Virus record (IMG/VR): IMGVR_UViG_3300024999_000092
Strand: one strand, 5' to 3'
Source: an uncultured virus (IMG/VR IMGVR_UViG_3300024999_000092)
Lineage: Duplodnaviria; Heunggongvirae; Uroviricota; Caudoviricetes
DNA length: 64,000 nucleotides
Part shown: piece after piece, positions 50,935 through 61,351 of the stretch
Layout of the letters: every line of letters starts with the position of its first letter
Position numbering within the stretch: position 1 is the stretch's first letter
Made by a program: the position numbers and the translations under genes
Notes under the pieces: model-generated
Seen by the model: only the letters and a program-made list of their open reading frames with translations
Told to the model about the DNA's origin: nothing
The model's database searches: none

Positions 50935-51298
50935 TACACAACCCCCTCAAAGTGTTTTTGAAGGCTTTTCAGGATTTCAGCACCTAAAGTATCTAAATGA
51001 TTTTTAATCTCCTGTACGTCCTTCAAATCATTGTTTTCAATGCCATAAAACAGGCAACCGTTTATTACCCCGCCAAGAGAACTATAGAAACCAACTGCGT
51101 CCCACATCACATAACCCTGCCTGGTTCTGCTGATTTTTTACCAGCAATGCGTTTAGTTTCAAGAATATAATTATGCGGATCAGTTGATACTCTGTAGTCG
51201 TCGTTAATCTCTACTTGCATATTGTACCTCCATTCATACCTAAAATAAATTTACTCGTCTATATGACCTTTTGAGTGCTGTTTCCGGTCATTCTGTGA

Positions 51299-51529
51299 CT
51301 AACTAGCTACCTCCACATCAGACCAAAGTATATGCTCGTTCAATCCCCTACCGCGAACGCTGCCGTACACGTTTAAATGCGTTCCATCGGGATAGCGGTA
51401 TAAGTCCTCGAATACTAACCTAAACGCTCTCTCAATGGGACTGTACTGCTCGATAACACCCCTCATTGCATCGTCGCCGCCAAGCATGGTTAACCTGCCG
51501 CTTTCTACCTCTACTGTTACGAATGGCAT
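51299..51529 (-). CDS. Hypothetical protein
   Basis: RBS GGGAGG. Confidence 0.55.
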   Translation of the reverse strand: MPFVTVEVESGRLTMLGGDDAMRGVIEQYSPIERAFRLVFEDLYRYPDGTHLNVYGSVRGRGLNEHILWSDVEVAS

Positions 51530-51786
51530 TGCATTTTCCTCCCTCTAACCGCACCCCGTACCCACCGGGCAACCACAGCATTTTTACTTGCCGATATACG
51601 CCCATCCCGGTATCCGGTGCAGTATATTGTGTTTTTGGTTGGAGGCAGACAACTGCCTCCCCATTAACCTTCCTTATACCATTTTTCTAATTCCGCACAT
51701 ATCCTGGCAACGTCGGAGATTATTTTGTCTATTCTGGCAATGTCCTCCGGCGTTGCAGGTGCTTCAAACTTTGATAATATAGCCAA

Positions 51787-52806
51787 TTAATTAGCATCCT
51801 GAGCGATTAACCACTCATTATAACCTGCTTGACGTTCTTCTACGATGCCTCTCAGTCCTTCAAGGTTGTTATCATTAATAGACTTGATTATCATTTCAAC
51901 CGCCTTGTCGTTTGCTTTTTCTAAGGAGTTTGTCTTACCCTTAGATGCTGTCCAAACCAAGACTGTAACCTCGTCATTAGTCAATCCCTTATTTAATCCG
52001 GCAGCATATACAGGATGAATATTCTCTAATTGTTCCTCTGGGTAATTATTACCCTGTGTTGCTAATGCCATTTCCTCGGCAATTTGCTGTTCTTTTGCCC
52101 TGTTTAGCATATCAATAAAGTCCTGCCCTGCCGCTTGAATCTGTAAAACATGCTCAGAGGGAGGTAATGCTTTGCGTTGATGCCGATTAATAAAGTCTGC
52201 CATAGTCCCTTCAATATCTACCTGCAAGACAAAGACGGTTTTCTTAAACTGCTTACCATCGGTTATAATTGTTCCCTCATGCGGTTCGATTTTTAACTTA
52301 AGCGGAATAAAGGCTATTTTGCCGCCGGTCATGCCACGAATCATATCAAGACTACTGTTAATGTTAACTATCGAATTCCAACCGCCCGTAGTGGTCTGAT
52401 AAACCCTCATACTGCTTACCTTCGGGACAATGTAACTAAGTGTACCTTTCGGCTGGCAACCCTTACACCAAGGATCGTCAAGGTCACATGCTCGCTCAAC
52501 CATTTCCCCATCAATCATTGCGGTTCCGGTTTCTCCGTCGCCTTTACAATGAAGTCCAACCTTACCGTACTTCTTCATGTATTGAGGGAAAATTTGCTCT
52601 AAATCGTTTACAGGAAAAATAATGTCTAATTCCTTTGGGTCTTGTCCATATATTGCGGCAACTTCCTCCGGTACTTTGAAATGGTCAAGTGCAACCGGAT
52701 ATTCAACTACTTTGCCGTTACGATTTTCTTTTTGCACCTTCTCACCTATCTTAATCTTGCCTTGTCTCGGTAGACGGCGGCGTTCTGATATTCCCTTAAT
52801 TGCCAT
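51787..52806 (-). CDS. Gp3-like recombination/annealing protein (phiC31 gp3 RDF-like family)
   Basis: LPRQGKIKIGEK...YPVALDHF...CKGDGE...GWNSIVNI. Confidence 0.65.
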   Translation of the reverse strand: MAIKGISERRRLPRQGKIKIGEKVQKENRNGKVVEYPVALDHFKVPEEVAAIYGQDPKELDIIFPVNDLEQIFPQYMKKYGKVGLHCKGDGETGTAMIDGEMVERACDLDDPWCKGCQPKGTLSYIVPKVSSMRVYQTTTGGWNSIVNINSSLDMIRGMTGGKIAFIPLKLKIEPHEGTIITDGKQFKKTVFVLQVDIEGTMADFINRHQRKALPPSEHVLQIQAAGQDFIDMLNRAKEQQIAEEMALATQGNNYPEEQLENIHPVYAAGLNKGLTNDEVTVLVWTASKGKTNSLEKANDKAVEMIIKSINDNNLEGLRGIVEERQAGYNEWLIAQDAN

Positions 52807-53095
52807 TAATGCAATTCTCCCTTCTTAGTCCAATATACTCCTTTAGTTTGTTATCATTAAATATAATAAAACTGCATGATTCTCTATGTGTTCTAGGTTT
52901 TTCTTTGTTTATATGTCCAACAGGAACATATTTCTGATAGGCAAGGATAGAGTTTTTAAGTAAACGCTTAAACGTGGCATCTTTAGTAATAGCGCATAGC
53001 TTTGTTAGTTTGTCGGCCTTCATGTATGGTTTTGCGCTATTAGACAAAATAACCAATGCCTGCTGATACTCGTTTAGTTTGACGTATTTGCCCAT
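52796..53095 (-). CDS. Hypothetical basic protein
   Basis: RBS GAGGTG. Confidence 0.55.
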   Translation of the reverse strand: MGKYVKLNEYQQALVILSNSAKPYMKADKLTKLCAITKDATFKRLLKNSILAYQKYVPVGHINKEKPRTHRESCSFIIFNDNKLKEYIGLRRENCINGN

Positions 53096-53111
53096 TTAAA
53101 ACATCACCTCA

Positions 53112-53657
53112 CTATCTATTTTCTAAAAATCTACTAGCAAACATATCTGCCCAATGGATAATCATCAACAACTTAGTTTCTCTGCCCGATATTACCCTTC
53201 CATCCGGCGTATACAGCGCATTGTGATAAAGCACCGAATAATACTCGTCCTCTGTTAAATCTATAAACTTACTTAAAATTAACGCTGAAACTGTCTGGTG
53301 TGGTATCGGCAACCTGTCTGGATTGGTTGTATAAGGTTTGCTTCCCGATACTTTGCCGCCTTTTAGTAGATTAGGTATATAGTTAGGTTTATCTAAAAAC
53401 TGCGCCTTGCCTAAGTCATGGAATAGTCCGGCAATAATAACTGACTCTCTCGGTAGTTCCGGTGCTAATGTGTCCCTGAGTTTTAATGCTGTCTCGGTAA
53501 CAAGAATACTGTGTTTAAAGTTTCCTGATTCCTCTGCACCGTGATATTGACTTGAACTTGGACAGGTAAAGTAGTGGTTGTTTTTTAAGTAGTTTAATAG
53601 GTTGCCTTTGCCTTCCCGGTTAATCTCAGCAAATAGCGTGTTAAATTTCTCCCTCAA
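53112..53657 (-). CDS. HD-domain phosphohydrolase
   Basis: CPSSSQYHG, KHS, LFHDLGK, YHN, HWADM. Confidence 0.85.
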   Translation of the reverse strand: MREKFNTLFAEINREGKGNLLNYLKNNHYFTCPSSSQYHGAEESGNFKHSILVTETALKLRDTLAPELPRESVIIAGLFHDLGKAQFLDKPNYIPNLLKGGKVSGSKPYTTNPDRLPIPHQTVSALILSKFIDLTEDEYYSVLYHNALYTPDGRVISGRETKLLMIIHWADMFASRFLENR

Positions 53658-53659
53658 AG

Positions 53660-53995
53660 TTAACCCTCCTTAATTTCGTGAACATTTCCAATTACCTCAA
53701 CCTCTTGACCAAAAGGATAATATTCTCCGCTTGATTTTAACCATCTTAGATGCCATCCATAGTTATAAAATGATACAACGGCAGTTAACCCAGCTTTACT
53801 TTTAACAATATCGCCCTCATAGATTTCCTTGCCGTGTTTATCCGTCAATCCGGTAAACTGCATATGCAAACCAGCATCAGCATTGGGCGCAAAAATATTT
53901 CCAAAATAACCTCTTTTATATGCCTTGCCGTCAACAACAACGACATTTTGGTGCATTTCTTTGCCGTCCCATGCTCTAAACTTAATATCTCTCAA
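53660..53995 (-). CDS. YopX family protein
   Basis: MRDIKFRAWD, MQFTGLTDKHGKEIYEGDIV, EVIGNVHE. Confidence 0.88.
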   Translation of the reverse strand: MRDIKFRAWDGKEMHQNVVVVDGKAYKRGYFGNIFAPNADAGLHMQFTGLTDKHGKEIYEGDIVKSKAGLTAVVSFYNYGWHLRWLKSSGEYYPFGQEVEVIGNVHEIKEG

Positions 53996-54007
53996 AGTTA
54001 ATCCTCC

Positions 54008-55306
54008 TTAACTTGTTTGTGGTTCTGGTTTAAACCAATCACACGTTGTTCCTGTGCACTCAACCTTTCCTGGACACTTACTGTTTTTTAAGAGAAGACA
54101 AGTGCAAATTTCATCACGATCCAAGCAGTGCAGGCAACATCTTGGTTCGATAATCAAGTTGCAACCAATAACATCAAACCATATGCCTTTTTTAAATTTT
54201 AAGCATAGTTTATTTATGGCACTTAATGGATTTTTAGCTATTACAGATTCCCTATTCATCCTGTCTGGAAATAAATACACATTTACTATATATAATTTTT
54301 TCAATATTAATCTCACCTCAAAATGGTATTACGTCCGGCTCACTCTCCACCGCCTCAAAACAATCCAAATTAGGACACATCAGGCGGTAGTCTTGCGTTT
54401 CCCTCTCGACCAAAATCCCCGCAACCACTTCCATGTCGGTGCCGGGGACAGCAACTTCCACCATTTCACTTCCGCAGCGTTCACACATGGACATTTGAAC
54501 GACTCCCTTGCATATTCATCCGGCACACTCGCTTGCTCCAAGCAGTACGCCGACACTCTTTCAAGTGTTTCTGCGACTAATACTGCTTGTCCGTTGCGGA
54601 TACTCTGCGCCCATGATGCGGAGTGTTTTGCTAATTGTGCGTAGTCGTTTGTGTTCATGCTTTTTTATTGGTGATTAGGGTTAATTCTTCTTGCAGAAAA
54701 CACCTTTCAAGTCCATCCCAAGTCGCTACCATATTGTCTAATTTAACGTCACATAACTGCTGAAAATGTCCGTCATAAGTACATATAACAGTACCTTTGA
54801 TGTTTACTATATCCATATCAGGTTCATTAACAATAACCCGATCCCACTCTTTAAACTTCATCCTACTTGTCCTCCTTCGCCTCCTCAAAAGCATAGCAAG
54901 TTGTAGATTGTGCTGCTTTTATAGCATTAAAATTTACTCCGCTATCAGTACATTTCCAATAACCTTTTAATTGCAGACAAAACTTGCAATCATTACACGT
55001 TTTTTCAATTGGTATAGATACGCCCACTTTAATTCCCACCACCAAATTTTAACTTAAATTTACGGCACGACTACGTGCAGGTGACAGTAAAAACATTAAA
55101 CAGTTATAGTTAATCCAGTTATCGTCGGCAAAGTTATCTCCAAGTAATCTTTCCCCGCCTTGCGGCCAATCAGGATTAAAATACTTAATATGACTATCGC
55201 AAGCACCTATAATTAAAATAGGCTTATCAGTAAAACTTCTATCTCCTGTTTGTGCCGCACACTTAGTTCTTACGGCTAATTTGCCTATAAGTTGTTCTGC
55301 TCTCAC
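54008..55306 (-). other. Small hypothetical ORFs (54008-54316, 54380-54658, 54655-54894, 54863-55045, 55049-55306)
   Basis: Packed ORFs downstream of the cro-like gene. Confidence 0.55.
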
Positions 55307-55369
55307 GGTATCTACCTCCCTAAAAACTTTTTAAAAAATTTTCATAATCATTGCCGCATATACATATCA

Positions 55370-55603
55370 TTAATTAAGTAAATCGGAACTGGATTCAGTT
55401 TCTATCATCAGATCAATAACATCACAATTCAAAGCGGCAGCAATACGCTGTAACGTATTGAGGCCAGGGTTAAGATTTTCTCCAACTTCTAAAAGACTAA
55501 TTTTTTGTTGGGTAATGCCGGTTGCTTCGCTGAGTTCTCTTTGTAATAATCCCTGTTGTTTACGTCTCTTAGCAATATTTAACCCAACACGTTTCAAATC
55601 CAA
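55370..55603 (-). CDS. Cro-like XRE-family HTH regulator
   Basis: RRKQQGLLQRELSEATGITQQKISLLEVG...NPGLNTLQRIAAAL. Confidence 0.85.
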   Translation of the reverse strand: MDLKRVGLNIAKRRKQQGLLQRELSEATGITQQKISLLEVGENLNPGLNTLQRIAAALNCDVIDLMIETESSSDLLN

Positions 55604-55629
55604 ACTGTTTGTCCTCCTTTCAGGGTAAT

Positions 55630-55767
55630 AATACTGGAAACAGTATTTCTATGCAAAAAATTAAAACCGTTTTTCTATTACTATTATACACCTTTTACGG
55701 TGTATGTCAACTGTATTAAGTAAATTTTTCTGTTAAATTGTCGTTGCCAAAAAATAATCTATATACT
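55630..55767. promoter_or_regulatory. Divergent genetic-switch promoters and operator palindromes
   Basis: AATACTG-GAAA-CAGTATT 55630-47; ATACACC-N6-GGTGTAT 55686-705 inside leftward TTGACA-16-TATAAT (55710-55683); rightward TATACT 55762-67. Confidence 0.7.
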
Positions 55768-55813
55768 GAATTAAGTAAGGGCAATATAATCAATACATAA
55801 GGGAGGGTGTCTG

Positions 55814-56218
55814 ATGGAGATTAAAGACAAACTGTATAATTTGAGGAATAACCGAGGTTTAAGCATGGATGATCTATCTCTAAAAACTATCACAAGCGAG
55901 TGTCCGAAGGCCGTATCAACCAACACCATTGCGGAAATTGAAAGCGGAAAAAGACAAAGTCCCGGAATAAAAGTGATCGAAAGACTTACTACCGCACTTA
56001 ATGTATCACCTATGTACTTCTTTAGTGAAAACGCTCGTACTGTTTTTGACATTTCCGAGGTTAACGAGGTATTGACCGATGAAATTAAGCAAATGCTACT
56101 TGATAAGGAAACCTTGCCATACCTGTTACTGGCTAAAAAGGCGTACACTGACCAAATACCGCCTGATATTGTCGAAGAATTACTGAAAACCATAACAAAG
56201 GTAAGAAATATGCAATAA
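55814..56218 (+). CDS. CI-like XRE repressor (no S24 peptidase domain)
   Basis: LRNNRGLSMDDLS...TIAEIESGKRQSPGIKVIERLTTALNVS; divergent from the cro-like gene. Confidence 0.8.
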   Translation: MEIKDKLYNLRNNRGLSMDDLSLKTITSECPKAVSTNTIAEIESGKRQSPGIKVIERLTTALNVSPMYFFSENARTVFDISEVNEVLTDEIKQMLLDKETLPYLLLAKKAYTDQIPPDIVEELLKTITKVRNMQ

Positions 56219-56247
56219 CTTTGTCGAAATTACGGGAAAATATTACC

Positions 56248-56302
56248 TTGAAAATTACGGACACTCAGCGTATTATTATGTGTAGCATAAAACAAGTGTT
56301 CG
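56248..56302 (+). promoter_or_regulatory. Promoter with downstream LexA (Cheo)-like box
   Basis: TTGAAA-17-TATTAT (56248-56276); AAAAC-AAGT-GTTCG 56289-56302 versus CGAAC-N4-GTTCG. Confidence 0.55.
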
Positions 56303-56312
56303 CAGAAGGGGG

Positions 56313-56510
56313 ATGGGCATTATAGATATAGCAGACTTTGGCGGTTTTTTCCATTGTGTAGTTGACGGTAAAAACATAACTATCGACCAAAACATTACCC
56401 AAAAAGGAATTAAACAGGTTAATAAGATATTAACGTATAGTCAGGCGAAGCAGGATGTGTCCCTGGTTGATGCCAGGGAAGAATATGCCTGCGCCGGGTC
56501 AGCGAGATAA
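56313..56510 (+). CDS. Small protein, possible SOS-induced antirepressor
   Basis: 65 aa; own promoter; terminator AAACCCCT...AGGGGTTT after the stop. Confidence 0.55.
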   Translation: MGIIDIADFGGFFHCVVDGKNITIDQNITQKGIKQVNKILTYSQAKQDVSLVDAREEYACAGSAR

Positions 56511-56589
56511 ACAAAAACCCCTTCCATGTGGAGGGGTTTAATAAATTACATTGCATTATTTACCGGGTAATGCTAAAATTATTGTCAAT

Positions 56590-56669
56590 TAAACACGAAA
56601 GACACCCATCCGGCCAAGGTTGAAGGTGTCTTTATCCTAAAGCGGAGGCGTTCTCTGCTCGCTTTGCTA
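56590..56669 (-). ncRNA. Candidate counter-transcribed antisense RNA (~80 nt)
   Basis: Minus-strand TTGACA(56704-699)-17-TAAAAT(56681-676); ends at hairpin AAAGACACC/GGTGTCTTT; lies inside a leader driven by TTGCAT-17-TAAAAT (56551-56579). Confidence 0.6.
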
Positions 56670-56744
56670 TTACTTATTTTAAGCAAGGTTAGCCAAAATG
56701 TCAATACTCTCCGCTATGGAAATTTTGGAGTGGAGGGAAAATTG

Positions 56745-57566
56745 ATGGGACAGGCACTTGCGAAGTTAGACGTTAGGGAAAATTCCACTAGAAAATATCT
56801 AGAATTAATCGTTAGAAATAAGGAAAATACTATTAGAAAAAGCAATCATAATAATAATGATGATTATTATATAGATATTATTAAGAGAAAGAGTAATGCA
56901 CTAAGAGAATATTTAGGTAAAACAAAAGAAAAGGTGAATGAACCAATGGAAAATTCTAATGGAAAAACGAAAAGTAAATATATTGGCGTTGATGAAGCTG
57001 CTGAGTACACCAACAAAACAACTAAGACTATTAGGAATTGGATTAAAGCAGGTATGCCGCACACTACAGTAAACGGAAAACACTTTATCAGCATAGAGAC
57101 ACTAGAAGTTTGGAAGGTAAGAAAGTACGAGAAAATAAAATTTGTACCGGAAAGTGCTAATGGAAAAGATAGCGAACCTGTGGATAACTCAGTTAGTGCG
57201 GAAATTACATATACTGAAATTTATCAACCTAAAAATAATTCTCCGCAAAATCATCAACCCGTACAAATTATTGACGTTGGCCGCAACTATATGGCAGAGG
57301 TTGAAGAAAAAATAAGTTCGGCCTTATCTGAGCAGAGAGAATTTTTTACTGCTGCCTTGGCCAGCATTGAAAAGAAACAGGAACTAGAACGGCAGGAGAA
57401 TAAGATCGTCATTGACACCATGACAAACGAAAATGCCCAACTCGTCAAAAAAGTTGAGCATCTTGTTAGTCGTGTTCAGCGTACCGAAGAATTTATCGAG
57501 TGTCAGGAGAAGAAGTTGCCTTGGTGGAATTTTGGCGGTAGAATGTTATCTCTTAAAAGACTTTGA
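56745..57566 (+). CDS. HTH (excisionase/MerR-like) plus coiled-coil protein with C-terminal amphipathic tail; RacA/TubY/pSK1-Par-like architecture
   Basis: YIGVDEAAEYTNKTTKTIRNWIKAG; coiled coil; KKLPWWNFGG tail; start ATG 56745 with RBS GGAGGG. Confidence 0.6.
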   Translation: MGQALAKLDVRENSTRKYLELIVRNKENTIRKSNHNNNDDYYIDIIKRKSNALREYLGKTKEKVNEPMENSNGKTKSKYIGVDEAAEYTNKTTKTIRNWIKAGMPHTTVNGKHFISIETLEVWKVRKYEKIKFVPESANGKDSEPVDNSVSAEITYTEIYQPKNNSPQNHQPVQIIDVGRNYMAEVEEKISSALSEQREFFTAALASIEKKQELERQENKIVIDTMTNENAQLVKKVEHLVSRVQRTEEFIECQEKKLPWWNFGGRMLSLKRL

Positions 57567-57809
57567 CAGCATTTCTACTGGATACAGAAGTATAATTAAT
57601 ATGCCGCATATCATCCCCGAAAATAATATAAAAATAGATATCGCAAGGCCGACTAATGGGAAATTTATAAATATTTTAATCGCTTTTTGGTATTTTTGTG
57701 GACGTTTTTCTATAAATTCATCAATAAGATCATGTTTCATAAACGCAACCCCTAATGACCATAACGCCATAAATATAAATATAATTACAACTATCTCAAA
57801 TGATATCAA
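57546..57809 (-). CDS. Small membrane protein
   Basis: Two hydrophobic segments. Confidence 0.55.
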   Translation of the reverse strand: MISFEIVVIIFIFMALWSLGVAFMKHDLIDEFIEKRPQKYQKAIKIFINFPLVGLAISIFILFSGMICGILIILLYPVEMLSKSFKR

Positions 57810-58028
57810 TATTTTACCCCCTACAATTTACTTATCAACCGGTTAAGAAGTTTCCGTGGTGAAAGTTATTTAAACATAGACGATAACCTTAAAAATAACC
57901 TGCCTTTAAAACTCCTTCTATCAACCCAGTAACTTTTATATCCATCACCGTTCAGTGCGCTACACCTATGGCAAGGTTCACTATGTATTGCATTGCTAAA
58001 CCTAGTGCAATGATGGCATAAATCTTTA

Positions 58029-59706
58029 TTACTCAACGATTAATCTCCCCTCCTCACAACAAACAAGTCTTACGATATTAGGATGATTACCTTTGTGAAA
58101 AACCTGCTTGCCGTATTTATTACAAACGTGAATAGGATATTTTTCGCCTTTTCTTTTCGCAATGCTTTGCTGCTGCTCAGTAAGGGAAAGATACTCGCAG
58201 TTGCCGCAAAATTTATTGTTCAACATTGATTTAAGGTTACTCATAGTTTGCCGCCCATCCATTTCTCGAGTAGATAATTAAAAAGTTCGTATGCGCCAAT
58301 TGCAAGAAATCCCGTTATGATGTGGCTTATTATTATATTACTCAACGGATAACCTCCTTCAGCGTGGTAGGAAATGCGGGATAAACTTGCTCACATTCAC
58401 CATTACTTCGCCAGCCTGTGTTATTGTCACATAGATATGGTTTGTTCTCAAACGCCCACCATCCGGTATTGTCATAAGCAATATACTTCGCCCACTCCGG
58501 TATCGAGTAGAATTTAATTTGATTATTCACTATTACCACCCGCCTTCCCAAGTGACTTTTTAATCTTAGCACACAACTTCGCCCTATCGTCAGGATCTAG
58601 ACTATCAATAACATCCTGCGGACATTCAAGGAGAAACTTAACCGCCTGCAAGAGTTTGATTTGTTTATCAAGAGACTTAGTAGTACTTTCACCCTCAAAA
58701 ACTCTTTTCTCCCTGCTATCGTGCTTGTATGCACACTCAGGGCATACGATATTATTGTCCAACGGTACAAAATACACTATGTCGCAGTCGCTAAACGGTT
58801 TGCCGCATACCTGACAGTTACGGATTGATGTTGTTTTCATTTTATACCTCCTTAGTAATTGGCTTAATTTTACTCATAACCTTCTTATGCAATTTCTTTA
58901 ATATGGAATCTTGTTGCGAATCAGTGAGTAAATGAAATATGAGCATCAAATAGGCATTGTGTAATTTTTCTATCAATTCCCGTTCTTTGCCTAAGGTAAA
59001 TCCTTGCTTATTCAACTGATCTTCTATCGGTTCACATAAAGCACCGTAACCTATTCCTACTTCTTTTTTAGTCAACTTACTTCCTCCCCACATTTATCAC
59101 ATTTCCCCTCTGCCCTCTCCGCAGCGGTCAACTTTCTACCGCACCCAAGGCAGTATTCCGGTTCTGTTTTGGTGTAGTCGAAAAGCGTTAGTTAATATTC
59201 TTCTTTTTCCCACAGTCTCCACATAACCATTTATCCTTATTTAACATCCATCCCCTTTTTATACATTCTTTTATGCCTTCTTTGGAAGTTTTACTATCTA
59301 TATACTCCCATTTAGGACATGCCGAACAGAAAACTGTTAATTGAACATGAAAATACTTTAGATTAGTAGGCATATTTATTCCTCCCCTCCGTCAATAGAT
59401 ACGCACCTGTTTTTGTGTAGTCGAAGGGCATTATTCTACTACCTTAAATTTGCCACGAATCCATTGCTTATCTGCCCTTGGTTCGCCGTTCTTCTTTAAC
59501 TTATGCCAATGCCAATCCATAAAATCTCCAATGGACGGAAGGGCAAGTATACCACGCTCACCCTTTGCATTTTCAACTAACTGTCCTACCTTGAAACCTG
59601 TTTTTAACTCTAAAAGTTGGCATCTTAGGTTAAGTATATCTTGCTTAGTGTTTTTCATAACTTCTTCGAGTTCAGTTATTTTTAGCTTTATGTCTTGTAT
59701 ATTCAT
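58029..59706 (-). other. Run of small accessory ORFs, several Cys-rich (58029-58262, 58342-58572, 58523-58840, 58842-59093, 59188-59373, 59431-59706)
   Basis: Packed ORFs with GGAGG RBSs. Confidence 0.55.
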
Positions 59707-60149
59707 TGGCTATCCTCCCCACCCAGTAGGTTACTTTGCTCGTGGACGTTTCCAATAACCTTGCAATTTTTAAGTCCATCATAAATAGGACTGTGTGACG
59801 AGTAATATATTTTCCCTCCTAAGAATCTACCATTTGGTTTAGCTAGGCAAAATGCACCCCAATGTATATTCCAGCGCACCACAAACATTTGACTATGTTT
59901 GTCCTTAACAATATCTCCATCAAATATCTTCTGTCCTTCGGGAAACTCGGCGGTTCTCTTGTTGTCCCTTAAGCCGGTAAACTGACCGACAGTTTCCGGA
60001 TCAACCTCATATGCAACCATTTCAAATTCATCGGCAACCTGTATTCCGTAACCGTTTTCCAAATTACCGGCAATAAATGTTCTGCATAGTAAACCATAAA
60101 CAAACTCACCGTTATCAATGCGCTTACCGCGAAACTCAATCTCTCTCAT
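59703..60149 (-). CDS. YopX family protein (second copy)
   Basis: MREIEFRGKRIDNGE, VDPETVGQFTGLRD, IFDGDIV, VIGNVHE. Confidence 0.88.
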   Translation of the reverse strand: MREIEFRGKRIDNGEFVYGLLCRTFIAGNLENGYGIQVADEFEMVAYEVDPETVGQFTGLRDNKRTAEFPEGQKIFDGDIVKDKHSQMFVVRWNIHWGAFCLAKPNGRFLGGKIYYSSHSPIYDGLKNCKVIGNVHEQSNLLGGEDSQ

Positions 60150-60520
60150 TAACTCTCCTCCTTCGCTATCACCGCGCATAACGCCGCCTTACAAATTGCC
60201 TCCGGTATATTATCAGCTAATGCCCAATGCTTGCCGTATACCTCTTTGTATTTATGTTCGCGTGAATGTCTATGAATAATATCATCAGTCACGACAGCAT
60301 ACCAACCATCTTCGGAACAGATAACGCTTATCTGCATCCTAGCCATTACCGACAGTATTGATCTAATTTCAGTGCTATAATGTGGCAGATAACTTAAATC
60401 CTGCCTAACCATCTTAAGTTCGTGATAGACTTTATCTTTACCCCAACCAAAAACATTTTCAGCGACTAGAGCATCTAACTCGCGCCCAGGTTTCATTGCT
60501 AGAATTTGATCTTTGGTCAA
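60149..60520 (-). CDS. Phage ABA-sandwich-like domain protein
   Basis: GRELDALVAENVFGW...PHYST...PEAICKAAL. Confidence 0.65.
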   Translation of the reverse strand: MTKDQILAMKPGRELDALVAENVFGWGKDKVYHELKMVRQDLSYLPHYSTEIRSILSVMARMQISVICSEDGWYAVVTDDIIHRHSREHKYKEVYGKHWALADNIPEAICKAALCAVIAKEES

Positions 60521-60786
60521 TTTATTTCCTCCTTCTTAACCTTATCCCAAGTAAAATCCTCGCACCACTGCTTTGCTTCCTCTATGTCCTTAAACCAAAT
60601 ATCTTGCCATAAAGAATTAAACCGTTTATCCGTCTTAATATCGGCAACACTAACCCACCAGCCTAAATGTCTACAACTAAAACCTTCTGTATAATCGTTA
60701 ATTTCAAACTGGTTGTTATTTTTTCTTCCCTTAACTCCAGCTTTGCCATGAGTGTAACGTTCCCTCTTTTTAGGTGTCCACTTCAA
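60517..60786 (-). CDS. Hypothetical protein
   Basis: RFNSLWQDIWFKDIEEAKQWCE; RBS AGGAGG. Confidence 0.55.
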   Translation of the reverse strand: MKWTPKKRERYTHGKAGVKGRKNNNQFEINDYTEGFSCRHLGWWVSVADIKTDKRFNSLWQDIWFKDIEEAKQWCEDFTWDKVKKEEIN

Positions 60787-61013
60787 TTGTTTTCCTCCTT
60801 GTGTTTATTCATTGACACAACTATTATATTTTTACATTTATCAATGTTGGATAAATAATCTTTGGTATTATTGTGCAGTTCTTTCAAAATAAAAAGATAG
60901 TCAAGAGAATCGCAAGAAGTTTTACCCTTAATATAGTTAAGATAAGACTTCCTAATATGATATTTAGATTTATAGTAAAAACTTAAAATATCATATCTGA
61001 TAATACTAAACAT
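60783..61013 (-). CDS. AT-rich hypothetical protein
   Basis: RBS GGAGGG. Confidence 0.45.
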   Translation of the reverse strand: MFSIIRYDILSFYYKSKYHIRKSYLNYIKGKTSCDSLDYLFILKELHNNTKDYLSNIDKCKNIIVVSMNKHKEENN

Positions 61014-61069
61014 GGAATTTATTCTTCCCTCCTATATCGTCTGTTTTGCAATTTAGCAAAACGACTATG

Positions 61070-61240
61070 TTATTTATCTTTCCTTTTCTCCCAACCTTCG
61101 AGATAACTACTAACCGCATTATCTAAAACCCTAGTCATTGGTACGCCTGTTTCATTGGAATAGTCCCTAAGTTTCTTAAATATCTCATTCTTAAGCGTAC
61201 TACTAAACTGTGTGCGGTTCTTTAAGTCCTTAACTGCCAT
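61070..61240 (-). CDS. Ribbon-helix-helix protein (RHH_3-like), 56 aa
   Basis: Not in ORF track: MAVKDLKNRTQFSSTLKNEIFKKLRDYSNETGVPMTRVLDNAVSSYL; RBS GAGGTG. Confidence 0.8.
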   Translation of the reverse strand: MAVKDLKNRTQFSSTLKNEIFKKLRDYSNETGVPMTRVLDNAVSSYLEGWEKRKDK

Positions 61241-61351
61241 CTATTTCACCTCGTAAATATTATATCATTTAGTCAATAAACAGTCAACAACGTTATTGAT
61301 ATTATGTTTAAAATATGGTATTATTATTACATAAATATTGGAGGTGTTGGA

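Noticed and set aside
56664..56744. TTG start for the 300-aa ORF
   Set aside because: No RBS; the region holds the antisense promoter and attenuator stems; ATG 56745 has GGAGGG
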